This document shows, one piece after another, positions 1 through 7,781 of a stretch of DNA of 20,634 nt. The position numbers were made by a program, and so were the translations under genes. The notes under the pieces are model-generated. The model was not told where the DNA came from, made no database searches, and was given only the letters and a program-made list of their open reading frames with translations. The stretch's first letter is position 1; the number at the start of each line of letters is the position of its first letter. This stretch comes from a virus (lineage: Duplodnaviria; Heunggongvirae; Uroviricota; Caudoviricetes): the IMG/VR virus record IMGVR_UViG_2740892218_000001, positions 1 through 20,634 of that record; one strand, given 5' to 3'.

Positions 1-287
1 TTCTCAGGGTTGATGCTGAACAGCCATCCATTTAACTTCTTCAAAGGAAGGCAGAGTAGCTTACGAAGCTTCCCATCAGCGGCAACCATGTTCATATGAA
101 CACAGTTGAATTTGCTAATCTGCTTCATGAGTTTTGTTTGCTGCGTTGACCAGCTCATTCCAAGGTTTTCAACGATTGGCTTCATCGCAACGTATGCAAC
201 TCCGGCAGCCATGGCGGTGATAATTTGCTGACCGTTGAATGGTACGTAAGAGGTGTTCACTGCTTCTAAAATTGCTATACTATTCAT
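1..287 (-). CDS. ant: Antirepressor Ant, N-terminal part only (gene runs off the window start)
   Basis: Minus-strand translation from ATG at 287 reads [46 protein letters not shown]..., matching the P22 Ant N-terminus as recalled; GGAG RBS about 10 nt upstream; sits downstream of arc as in P22 immI. Not in the ORF track because it has no in-window stop. Confidence 0.85.
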   Translation of the reverse strand, partial: MNSIAILEAVNTSYVPFNGQQIITAMAAGVAYVAMKPIVENLGMSWSTQQTKLMKQISKFNCVHMNMVAADGKLRKLLCLPLKKLNGWLFSINPE

Positions 288-355
288 GTTGGTTTTTCTC
301 CACGGATTTACTGACAACCGAAGCCCTGACTGTTCCCGCAGTTGGGGCTTCAACT

Positions 356-517
356 TTACGCGCCAATGCGCCCTTCCCTCTTAAAGCTTTCCATTACTCT
401 CTGATAAATCTCAGAGTTAACAGACCGACCATTCTCTTCCGCCACCTTGCGTACCAAATCTAATACTTCTTTAGGCCACCGCAAATTGAACTGCGGCATC
501 TTGCTCATTCCTTTCAT
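356..517 (-). CDS. arc: Arc repressor (ribbon-helix-helix), 53 aa
   Basis: Internal Met of ORF 356..580 gives [53 protein letters not shown], near-identical to P22 Arc as recalled; the 580 start would include the operator, so the internal start is used. Confidence 0.9.
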   Translation of the reverse strand: MKGMSKMPQFNLRWPKEVLDLVRKVAEENGRSVNSEIYQRVMESFKREGRIGA

Positions 518-531
518 ATTCACCTCACAAT

Positions 532-552
532 ATAGGTCCACGGTGGACCTAT
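532..552. promoter_or_regulatory. Mnt operator: perfect 10-1-10 palindrome ATAGGTCCACGGTGGACCTAT
   Basis: Exact inverted repeat read directly in the mnt-arc intergenic region; matches the P22 Mnt operator as recalled. Confidence 0.75.
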
Positions 553-559
553 TGAGAAT

Positions 560-580
560 ATAGTAGAGTGCTTCTATCAT
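560..580. promoter_or_regulatory. Arc operator (ATGATAGAAGCACTCTACTAT on the minus strand)
   Basis: Plus strand atagtagagtgcttctatcat; partially symmetric (TAGA..TCTA half-sites); matches the P22 Arc operator as recalled; lies between the divergent arc and mnt starts. Confidence 0.7.
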
Positions 581-607
581 GTCAATACACTAACTTGGAG
601 TGATGGC

Positions 608-859
608 ATGGCTAGAGATGATCCGCACTTTAACTTCCGTATGCCTATGGAAGTAAGGGAGAAATTAAAATTCAGGGCGGAGGCGAATGGGAGATCAATG
701 AACTCCGAGTTGTTACAAATCGTCCAAGATGCTCTATCAAAACCATCGCCTGTGACTGGATATCGCGACGATGCAGAACGACTCGCTGATGAGCAGTCAG
801 AGCTTGTTAAGAAGATGGTGTTTGATACGCTGAAGGATTTGTACAAAAAACCCACCTGA
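608..859 (+). CDS. mnt: Mnt repressor (ribbon-helix-helix), 83 aa
   Basis: MARDDPHFNFRMPMEVREKLKFRAEANGRSMNSELLQIVQDALSKPSPVTGYRDDAERLADEQSELVKKMVFDTLKDLYKKPT, near-identical to P22 Mnt as recalled; divergent from arc. Confidence 0.9.
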   Translation: MARDDPHFNFRMPMEVREKLKFRAEANGRSMNSELLQIVQDALSKPSPVTGYRDDAERLADEQSELVKKMVFDTLKDLYKKPT

Positions 860-869
860 AGGTGGGTTT
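845..869 (-). terminator. Stem-loop (aaacccacc / tgaa / ggtgggttt) with a U6 run on the minus-strand transcript; candidate intrinsic terminator between the convergent mnt and YafO-like genes
   Basis: Perfect 9-bp inverted repeat at 848-856 / 861-869 with a 4-nt loop; on the minus strand it is followed by TTTTTT (845-850). The mnt stop codon sits in the loop. On the plus strand no U-run follows. Confidence 0.45.
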
Positions 870-1317
870 AGTCAAACATAGTGTTTCTAAAGTCTCTCGC
901 ATACCCTGCCAACACTCTCATTCTATTATGATTGTTAGCAGACATGTGAGCTACAGGATGAAAAAGAGCAATCAATGAATACCTGTTCTCATCAAAAAGA
1001 TTTTGTGCATAAACGAGAGCGGTATTGGAAGTTTTATGCCACTGCAACTTTTGCGGTGTGCTGATATCTGTGCCTTTTTTTATTGGCTCAAATTTATTTT
1101 CACCAATTGCTAAATGAAGGTGCATAAGGCCTGCATCTTCAATATCAGGAGGTCGATGATAAGAGGTGTCTCTGCCAAAATAGCTGGGCAACGTTCCCGT
1201 AGACTTGTAGATGATAAAATCATCTACAAGTGTTTGTTTTAAATCAGGAAACTCAACAAAAACCGGGGAGAAAAAATAGTCAAAACTATCCTGATTATAT
1301 TCCACGGTTACTTGCAT
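868..1317 (-). CDS. YafO-family toxin homolog (type II TA toxin family; ribosome-dependent mRNA interferase in E. coli YafO), 149 aa
   Basis: Translation carries the motifs DFIIYKSTGTLPSYFGRD, HLHLA, LVYAQNLFDE...LIALFHP...NNHNRMR, which align with E. coli YafO (DFISYKRDGVLPDIFGRD, HIHLA, LVYCQGAFDE...LIAILKP...DNNQMHK) as recalled from memory. GAGG RBS 5 nt upstream of ATG; AT-rich relative to the structural genes. Confidence 0.65.
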   Translation of the reverse strand: MQVTVEYNQDSFDYFFSPVFVEFPDLKQTLVDDFIIYKSTGTLPSYFGRDTSYHRPPDIEDAGLMHLHLAIGENKFEPIKKGTDISTPQKLQWHKTSNTALVYAQNLFDENRYSLIALFHPVAHMSANNHNRMRVLAGYARDFRNTMFD

Positions 1318-1325
1318 GTTTTACC

Positions 1326-1892
1326 TCAGTGGAAGTTACCAGAGTGAAACACACGAGTCCCGTGCTCAGCAAGCGCACGCAAACCAGCCATATCTACGGA
1401 ACTATCAAAAACAACCGGAACACATGAGCGTTGTTTAATAAGACTATTCAGGTTAGTTACGGCAGATCTAGCATCAGCAACAACGATATAGATATCTCTT
1501 GCGATCTCTTTAAAATCAGCAGAAGCTTCTTTGAATACCGATTTCATTGCCCCTTCAAGTCCTCTCAATTGATGCTCTATCAATCGAGATTTTTCTGGTT
1601 CAATGATAGACAACACATTGTCTACATTTTCATCGGTAGCGTTTGCAAGAACACGATAAGCATATTTCAGCATTCGAGACAATTCTTTAATCGAAGACAC
1701 CGCCTCATGAAGCTCATCATTGGTCCGTTCACTGCTGAGCGAGGATTGATGGTAAGCGTGCTGAACATTATCAGTGACAACCACCTCACAACTGAACGCA
1801 GAAGCTTGCTGTAATAGCAAACCTATTGCGACCCCAGCTTTGGCAGTGTTCAAGCTAAACATTTCATCAATCCCATTAGTCTCATTGCTCAT
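1326..1892 (-). CDS. Hypothetical 188-aa protein, upstream partner of the YafO-like toxin; no family recognised
   Basis: ATG at 1892 (MSNETNGIDEMF...) preceded by AAGGAGG with a 5-nt spacer; the track's TTG start at 1922 would include that RBS. Its TGA stop lies inside the RBS of the downstream toxin gene (8-nt gap), indicating translational coupling. Contains an R-x4-H motif (RALAEH) near the C-terminus. Confidence 0.6.
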   Translation of the reverse strand: MSNETNGIDEMFSLNTAKAGVAIGLLLQQASAFSCEVVVTDNVQHAYHQSSLSSERTNDELHEAVSSIKELSRMLKYAYRVLANATDENVDNVLSIIEPEKSRLIEHQLRGLEGAMKSVFKEASADFKEIARDIYIVVADARSAVTNLNSLIKQRSCVPVVFDSSVDMAGLRALAEHGTRVFHSGNFH

Positions 1893-1918
1893 ACAAACCT
1901 CCTTCTTATCGGAGATTA

Positions 1919-1959
1919 TCAATAGCTATGCATCTATTGAATACACGCTATGCTCAATA
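1919..1959. promoter_or_regulatory. Candidate operator: TCAATAG-N8-CTATTGA inverted repeat centred on ATGCAT, plus a third TCAATA half-site and a GCTATGC direct repeat
   Basis: Read directly: tcaatag (1919-1925) / ctattga (1934-1940), tcaata (1954-1959), gctatgc at 1925-1931 and 1947-1953; sits 27-67 bp upstream of the 188-aa gene start in the divergent intergenic region. Confidence 0.3.
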
Positions 1960-2063
1960 ATTCTACGTCACGTGATATCATTATGCAACCATCGTTCTAT
2001 CACCAGTAGATGATGCCTCTCCATACATCATCTGGTATCCTGCACAAAACTAAGGAGGTTGGT

Positions 2064-2453
2064 GTGAAGCGATTTCTTGCTGCTATGTTCTTATTCATAT
2101 CTTTTGGGGCTACAGCAGAGTGCTGGGTCGTTGGAGATATGCGCGGAATAAGCTATTCAGAACGCAATAATTTCCATCCGGTAGAAGATGGTTTTAGTGG
2201 AACATTCACCATTAAGACAAGCGGTGAAGATGCCAGCATCACATATTCTGGTACAGATGCGGGCGGCATGGCTTACAAAGCATTGTCTAAAAACTCCATC
2301 ATAGGAATCGGCGCGAATGGCGAAACTCAACGCGTTATCGACTCATGGGTAATACATCCTACTGGAACAGTTTTAATGTCAAAAACCATTTCCGGTTATG
2401 GAAATATGGATTCAACCAAAGCTTTTGTTGGAAAAGTAAAAAGAAAATGTTAG
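2064..2453 (+). CDS. Small secreted protein of unknown function (about 129 aa, N-terminal signal peptide), divergent from the toxin operon
   Basis: AGGAGG at 2053-2058 then GTG at 2064; VKRFLAAMFLFISFGATAEC looks like a Sec signal peptide (basic n-region, hydrophobic core, ATA-E cleavage context); mature part is Gly/Ser/Thr-rich with Cys near both ends. The upstream part of track ORF 2010..2453 overlaps the RBS. Confidence 0.55.
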   Translation: MKRFLAAMFLFISFGATAECWVVGDMRGISYSERNNFHPVEDGFSGTFTIKTSGEDASITYSGTDAGGMAYKALSKNSIIGIGANGETQRVIDSWVIHPTGTVLMSKTISGYGNMDSTKAFVGKVKRKC

Positions 2454-2477
2454 CGATTGAATCCAATTTCCCATACG

Positions 2478-4388
2478 TTACTGCTGTGTTGCCTCAGTAG
2501 CAAACAGCGGCCTGACGGCATTTGCAGCGTTACTTAACGCTCTTTCATAGGCTGGTGTTCCAGCTTTAGTGTTTGCCAGACGTAAGAGCGCATTCCTTGC
2601 TGCTTTGGACTCGTACAAGCGCATGATTGCACCGAAACCAGCCTCAAGTCCCAGTGATACACCAAGGGTTGCAGTTGCGCCAATCGTTCTAATCCTGTTA
2701 GCTTGCGATTGTCCTGTCTGTGTTACTACATTTGCGGCGTCCGACCTTGCTGTTTGCTGTAGAACTTCATGAAGAGCATCAAGCTCTTTCATGTGTCTCC
2801 CACTGAATATAGTGTTATAGATCTGACCGTCAGATTGCGACTTCAACTTATTTAACTCGGTAAGAAATTTTGTTGGCGAGTCTCCTGCTTTTTCTGCAAT
2901 CTTGCTGATATAAGCAGCACGCATAGCGTTCTTTCCATCTTCACTAAGAGCAGGCCATATCCTCTTAATATCTGATGGTTTTCTGCTGAATACAACGCTG
3001 TTTATTAGCTCTGGAGTAAACTCTTTTTTAGCTTTGTTGAGATTATTCGCAATCCTTTTATTGAGAACTTTATTGAAGACGTTGGAGTAGTCAGAGTTTG
3101 CTTTGACGTATCTGGCGGCCTCTCCAGCCCCCAAATACCGCGCTGCGTTATTCCTCAAATCTGCCCCCATTGCCCTCTCCACGGCATCAGTTGCGGCTTT
3201 CGCGCTATTAGGAAAAACCATGGCATCTCCCTGAATACTTTCCCTCAAGGCTGACCGCAACTCTCTCAATAGACCAAAATCTATATCTGGTTTAGCAAGT
3301 TCTTCTCGCAAATCGGATAACCCGCGAATCAAATCCTTATTTGCCACTTTCCCAAGCCTGTTAGCTCTGGTAAGTACGTTGTCGATAACCTTAATAGATT
3401 TTGATGTGTCAACAGGTGTGTCTCCCATTTTGGTTGTAATGTCTTCAATAACGCTTCCGGCCGAATCCTTCCTTGACTTCAGAGAACCATACAGATCGTC
3501 AACAACAACTGATGGGCTATATTCACCATATTTCTCAAGCTGTTTTTTAACTAGCTGACTTCTTTTTGCATATTGCTCAGCTCGCTTTGAGCCTGTTCCC
3601 AGCAAAGCCCCCTCAGCATCCTGAGTAAGACCACGAGTGAAAGCATTTTTCGGCGGGATTACATCAGATGTCATTGGTGTCACGCCCATCGATTCTGATG
3701 TGGCAATTTTCTTCGCCACTTCTGGTGCAATATCACCTTTAAAGGCAGTTATTCCACGCTCAAGCCCTTTTGCAACAGTATTAACAGCACCACCTGTTAG
3801 CATGCCAACACCTATATCTGTTGCCAGTTTTCCCGCATCATTTTTCTCACTGTTTGCGGCGAGCGATCCGACTGCGTTTTCTGCCAGAAGACGGGCTGCG
3901 CCTTGAGTAATTCGACCAGCAAGTGTTGGCGCCTGAGTTGAAGCGCCGCCAACGCCAACAGTAGTCAGGTAAGGCAATGCCTCCGCAAACACCCTACCTT
4001 CTGTCGTTTGTGGAGTCAGAGCACCTTGCTGAAGTCCAAACGCCTGCTCTAATCCCTGAGTTGTTACTCGTGGCGCTGGTTGATATGTTCCATCGCCAAT
4101 ACCGAGTTTACCGCCAGCCCATGCCGCCGCGCTTGTTACAGCATCGGCAACTGATGCTGGTATATTTGCCACATTTACACCAGCCTGCACCAGTCCGCGA
4201 CCAGTTTCTTTTACTGCTTCGCCGAGGTCAGACATAAATCCATCTTGCTGTTCTACAGGCTGCTTTTGGTTTTGAGTTGGTTGATTACTGGAGGACAGAA
4301 TCTGAGCGATGCGACGTGCTCCCTCAGTATCACCAGCAGCATCAGCATTCCTTAACGCCGTCATCAATTGTTCACGACTATAAGCCAT
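2478..4388 (-). CDS. Ejection (internal) protein, P22 gp16-like, 636 aa
   Basis: Position (last of the 4-10-26-14-7-20-16 block), size, and TAATG stop/start overlap with the upstream gp20-like gene; Ala/Gly-rich composition typical of ejection proteins. Confidence 0.75.
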   Translation of the reverse strand: MAYSREQLMTALRNADAAGDTEGARRIAQILSSSNQPTQNQKQPVEQQDGFMSDLGEAVKETGRGLVQAGVNVANIPASVADAVTSAAAWAGGKLGIGDGTYQPAPRVTTQGLEQAFGLQQGALTPQTTEGRVFAEALPYLTTVGVGGASTQAPTLAGRITQGAARLLAENAVGSLAANSEKNDAGKLATDIGVGMLTGGAVNTVAKGLERGITAFKGDIAPEVAKKIATSESMGVTPMTSDVIPPKNAFTRGLTQDAEGALLGTGSKRAEQYAKRSQLVKKQLEKYGEYSPSVVVDDLYGSLKSRKDSAGSVIEDITTKMGDTPVDTSKSIKVIDNVLTRANRLGKVANKDLIRGLSDLREELAKPDIDFGLLRELRSALRESIQGDAMVFPNSAKAATDAVERAMGADLRNNAARYLGAGEAARYVKANSDYSNVFNKVLNKRIANNLNKAKKEFTPELINSVVFSRKPSDIKRIWPALSEDGKNAMRAAYISKIAEKAGDSPTKFLTELNKLKSQSDGQIYNTIFSGRHMKELDALHEVLQQTARSDAANVVTQTGQSQANRIRTIGATATLGVSLGLEAGFGAIMRLYESKAARNALLRLANTKAGTPAYERALSNAANAVRPLFATEATQQ

Positions 4389-5773
4389 TACTGCCCTCCG
4401 AGATATTTGCTAATTAATTCGTCATCGGACAATTGCTGTTGAGGTTGGCTATCTCCATAACTTGAGGAAAGAAAACGTTTTGCCGCAGAGTTCAATGATT
4501 CACCCTTCTTAACATCCATCCCCATGATGTTTCGGTTGCGATCAGATTGTCCTGGGCTACCGTTTGCACTCATCCACTCTGACCTAAACTCGTTGAACTT
4601 CGCGTTATTACTTTCCATTTTTGCCATACCCCTTAACCATCGAGCCATGACCATTGGATTATCCGTTTCGCTTGGAATGCCTTTCCTTGCAAACTCAATA
4701 TCCTTATCTGATGCAGGGCCGGGAGGGAGAAGCTTGGTTGCCTGCGCATTGGCTAGTTGGTTGAATCTAATCCGCATATCTCGGAGGTAGTTATCTTGCC
4801 CCGTAAGCTTAGAGAACATATTTTCAGCGTTACCGAACAAACCAGGAGTTGGCTTCTCCTTCTCCAGCGTGTCAGCGAGCGTTGTCATTGAATCGGCAGC
4901 ATTACGACTAGCTGCCGCATCACCTGCTGATTTTTCTATAGCCTTTTCCATGTTCACTGATAATTTTGGCGCTGCATTAATAAGTTCCTCGGCCTTTTTT
5001 TGTGCCTGTTGTACTTCAAAACCGAATTTCTGCTTATCAAGTGCCAGTCTTTCTGCTGCAAGTCCGTGTCCGGTCATTGCAGACTGATAGGAAAGGTTTT
5101 GCCCCCTAATAGCCCTCGCATTCGTCATGTCATTATTGCGAATGGTTTCGTTAATTCTTTGCTGCTCCTGCTGACGACCAATCATCTTATCCTGATAATC
5201 CAGCATTTTATCCGGGCCAACAGCCCCTAGCGTCATAGTAGTCAGCATGTGTGATAGCTGCTCTGGATTCTGGATACCTGTCTGAATCATCCAGTCAGCA
5301 TTCGCCCCCACGCGATTTAACCTGTCCTTGTTGTCAGTAATGAATTTACTGTAGGCTTCCGGTCCCTGAGAAAGAGCGACGTTAGCCCTCATGGCTAAAT
5401 CGCCCATATCGTTGCGTTGCTGCTCATTAAGACCGGAAAACGCCTGTTGTGCCTGCGCAACAAACGCTGGATTTTCCTGGGCAAACTTAAATAGTCCCGA
5501 TGGATCACCAGAAGCCCATGCATCAGCGTGAACCTTATTGAACGCACTAATAGCTTTCTGTTGCTGTTCCTGATTGTAAATATCAGCAACTCCAGCCAGA
5601 CCACGTAACGCGGTCAGACCAACGTTATTTGCACCTGAGCGAGCCAGTTCATTGTTTTCGCGGATCAGACCAAGCGTTGCGTTAATGTCGCTTGCCTTTG
5701 GTGCATTCTCGTTTTGCGTACCGATGCCAGCCAGAAACCCACCAGAATTAATACCCTGTTGCCACGTAGCCAT
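4388..5773 (-). CDS. Ejection protein, P22 gp20-like, 461 aa
   Basis: Position and size match P22 gp20 (about 471 aa); conserved gene order; tight coupling with neighbours. Confidence 0.75.
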   Translation of the reverse strand: MATWQQGINSGGFLAGIGTQNENAPKASDINATLGLIRENNELARSGANNVGLTALRGLAGVADIYNQEQQQKAISAFNKVHADAWASGDPSGLFKFAQENPAFVAQAQQAFSGLNEQQRNDMGDLAMRANVALSQGPEAYSKFITDNKDRLNRVGANADWMIQTGIQNPEQLSHMLTTMTLGAVGPDKMLDYQDKMIGRQQEQQRINETIRNNDMTNARAIRGQNLSYQSAMTGHGLAAERLALDKQKFGFEVQQAQKKAEELINAAPKLSVNMEKAIEKSAGDAAASRNAADSMTTLADTLEKEKPTPGLFGNAENMFSKLTGQDNYLRDMRIRFNQLANAQATKLLPPGPASDKDIEFARKGIPSETDNPMVMARWLRGMAKMESNNAKFNEFRSEWMSANGSPGQSDRNRNIMGMDVKKGESLNSAAKRFLSSSYGDSQPQQQLSDDELISKYLGGQ

Positions 5774-5782
5774 GATTACCCC

Positions 5783-6475
5783 TTAAAACAACGAGCCAAG
5801 CAGACCAAGACCAGCACCGATACCAGCACCCCACGGAGTTGATAGCTCGAGAGCACTGGCTATGCCACCACCCAAAAGCGCACCGGATGCAGCACCACTA
5901 ACCCCCTGCTGCAATGCTGACGGTCGGTTGGCGTTTGCCGCAGCCAGCGCCGCGCTTTGCTGTGAAATCTGACTCATGTTGTTGGCATATGTTTGCCCGG
6001 CGTTTGCCTGCCCCTGAAGAGCGCCAAGACCGATATTTGCCAGGTTGTTGTAATTGTTCATTTGTCCAGATAGCCATTGCTGACCAAGCGTTGGTGCGAT
6101 TGTTGCTAACTGATTACTGGTTGCGGTGGAACCCAATCCACCTGTTGCTTCCGCTGCCGCCAGACTCTGATAGCGAGCCTGACCTGCAAGGTCTTTATAC
6201 TGCTGAGAGTTGTAATACTGGTTAAGCGCCTGACCTTGCCCTTCCAGAGACGATAAGTTCTCGAGGCTGCCGACATACTTATCAGCCAGAGGAGTAAACG
6301 GCTTCAGGTTGTTCATGATGGTGTTGAACTGCTGATTTTGCAGGTCTGCGGCATACTTCTGAGCTTCTGCGGCATACTTTGCGCTTTTATCAGAACTGCC
6401 ACCTTTCCCGCCTTTTTCAGGGCACCAAGGTTCCTCGCCGCGCAGTTTTCTGCCCAGCTTAAATGCATATAACAT
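5783..6475 (-). CDS. Ejection protein, P22 gp7-like, 230 aa
   Basis: Size and position match P22 gp7 (229 aa); Gly-rich hydrophobic C-terminal segment. Confidence 0.75.
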   Translation of the reverse strand: MLYAFKLGRKLRGEEPWCPEKGGKGGSSDKSAKYAAEAQKYAADLQNQQFNTIMNNLKPFTPLADKYVGSLENLSSLEGQGQALNQYYNSQQYKDLAGQARYQSLAAAEATGGLGSTATSNQLATIAPTLGQQWLSGQMNNYNNLANIGLGALQGQANAGQTYANNMSQISQQSAALAAANANRPSALQQGVSGAASGALLGGGIASALELSTPWGAGIGAGLGLLGSLF

Positions 6476-6477
6476 GG

Positions 6478-6933
6478 CTATCTCCCGTGATTCAGGAAGT
6501 CGATTAGTTCTTCGCGTGTGGCGCTGTAAAAAGTCACGTCATCCACGCCTTTAAAGTATTTCTTGATGGTTCCGACACGCTTAAGGCCAATCATTGCGCA
6601 GTAAATCTGCCCGTGGCGGAATTTGCGTGCGGCGAACGATGTGACGCACTGAACGGTGGTGTTAGTCAGAATGTATCGCCAGAACGCCAGCCCGATTTCC
6701 TTGCTGAAGCCACGAACCTCTGGCAGGTACATGGCGTGGCAATCGAATGTCAGCGGCTGAATCTCCTGATAGTAAACAATGCCGCCAAACTGACCGTACA
6801 CGTTAACCTCAAAGTAACGGCATTCAGGCTTGTAGTCGTATCCATCACCGTTGTTGCTTCCGGCGATAATGTCTGGGTGATTTCCCACGGCTTCTATCAG
6901 GTCGATGTTTCGCGTTGGTTTGAACTGAATCAT
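6478..6933 (-). CDS. P22 gp14-like protein, 151 aa
   Basis: Located between needle and gp7-like genes exactly as gene 14 in P22; start abuts the needle stop. Confidence 0.6.
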   Translation of the reverse strand: MIQFKPTRNIDLIEAVGNHPDIIAGSNNGDGYDYKPECRYFEVNVYGQFGGIVYYQEIQPLTFDCHAMYLPEVRGFSKEIGLAFWRYILTNTTVQCVTSFAARKFRHGQIYCAMIGLKRVGTIKKYFKGVDDVTFYSATREELIDFLNHGR

Positions 6934-7781
6934 TACTGCTCCGCGATTATCTTGATGGTTGTGGCAGTAAACGCCGCACCATTTGACTGGATGGTTAACG
7001 TACTGCCATTTGTGGCAAGAAAGCCGTCTTTATCCACGCTGAAAAACGTAGCTAACAGGATGTTATCGGTTGTTGTCGCCGCATTACGACTGCTGACCAA
7101 CGTGTCAGGAACAGAGCCGGAAAAGGTTAGCTGCATTGACCTGTTGGCGGTTCCGCTGGGCCACGTCCCGACGATCGACAGCTTGAAGAACAAGGTTTTG
7201 TTCTCGTTGAACACAACCATCTTGTTGTTAACGGTGTCGAAGAATGGTGCCAACGTGCCGGATGACGGCGTGAGCGTTTTCAGCAGGCTAACAAGGTTAG
7301 TAGGCGCTGTCGGGATGGTTACAGATACGCCAGAGTAAACAACCTCTGACTTCTTGCGAGTAGTGGCATACTCAAGAGCATCGATGCGCGTTTCATGGTC
7401 TGAAACCTGCGACTCCAGCGACTGAACTCTGGTATCAAGCGACGAAATATCGCTTTCATTCTGAGCTATTCGTGTTTCATGTTCCTGAAGAGTTGATTCT
7501 GCCTGGCTGATTCGCTCCTCATGATTAACAAGCGTTGCTTCCGCAGCAGAAATTCGCTGCTCATGGTCAGCGAGAATCACATCCTGCTCATCGTTCCTGA
7601 CTTGTGCGTCATAAGCGCCCTGTCCGGCCTCGTTGGCCTTGTTCGCCACGTTACCAACATCAGTGCCCTGCGCGATAACGTAAAGCAGATATGACTGCGA
7701 GAAGATATTGCGTGGAAGAACTGATGTGTCGAGCCGCGTAGCCTGGATGATTACCGGCACATTGAGATTCGAATCCGCCAT
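6933..7781 (-). CDS. Tail needle (gp26-like) with a C-terminal knob extension, 282 aa
   Basis: N-terminus [43 protein letters not shown]... matches the P22 gp26 N-terminus as recalled; central repeats ([36 protein letters not shown]) indicate a trimeric coiled coil; about 110 beta-rich C-terminal residues are absent from the 233-aa P22 needle and resemble the Sf6/HK620-type knob. Confidence 0.8.
   Translation of the reverse strand: MADSNLNVPVIIQATRLDTSVLPRNIFSQSYLLYVIAQGTDVGNVANKANEAGQGAYDAQVRNDEQDVILADHEQRISAAEATLVNHEERISQAESTLQEHETRIAQNESDISSLDTRVQSLESQVSDHETRIDALEYATTRKKSEVVYSGVSVTIPTAPTNLVSLLKTLTPSSGTLAPFFDTVNNKMVVFNENKTLFFKLSIVGTWPSGTANRSMQLTFSGSVPDTLVSSRNAATTTDNILLATFFSVDKDGFLATNGSTLTIQSNGAAFTATTIKIIAEQ

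Noticed and set aside
239-463. 74-aa plus-strand ORF across the ant start and arc
   Set aside because: Antisense to the confidently identified ant and arc genes; any real plus-strand product here is more likely the small non-coding sar RNA than a protein.
356-580. Longer 74-aa version of arc starting at 580
   Set aside because: The extension would run through the Arc operator and promoter region; P22 Arc is 53 aa and the internal Met reproduces it.
577-855. 92-aa minus-strand ORF
   Set aside because: Antisense to mnt, which is near-identical to the P22 repressor.
1326-1922. 198-aa version of the toxin-partner gene starting at a TTG codon
   Set aside because: The TTG start would place the AAGGAGG RBS inside the coding region; the ATG at 1892 has ideal RBS spacing.
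2010-2453. 147-aa version of the secreted protein starting at ATG 2010
   Set aside because: No RBS before 2010, whereas the GTG at 2064 follows AGGAGG by 5 nt and begins a typical signal peptide.
6613-7338. 241-aa plus-strand ORF
   Set aside because: Lies entirely antisense to the gp14-like and needle genes, which have strong positional and similarity support; no RBS or family resemblance. Treated as a chance antisense ORF in GC-rich coding DNA.
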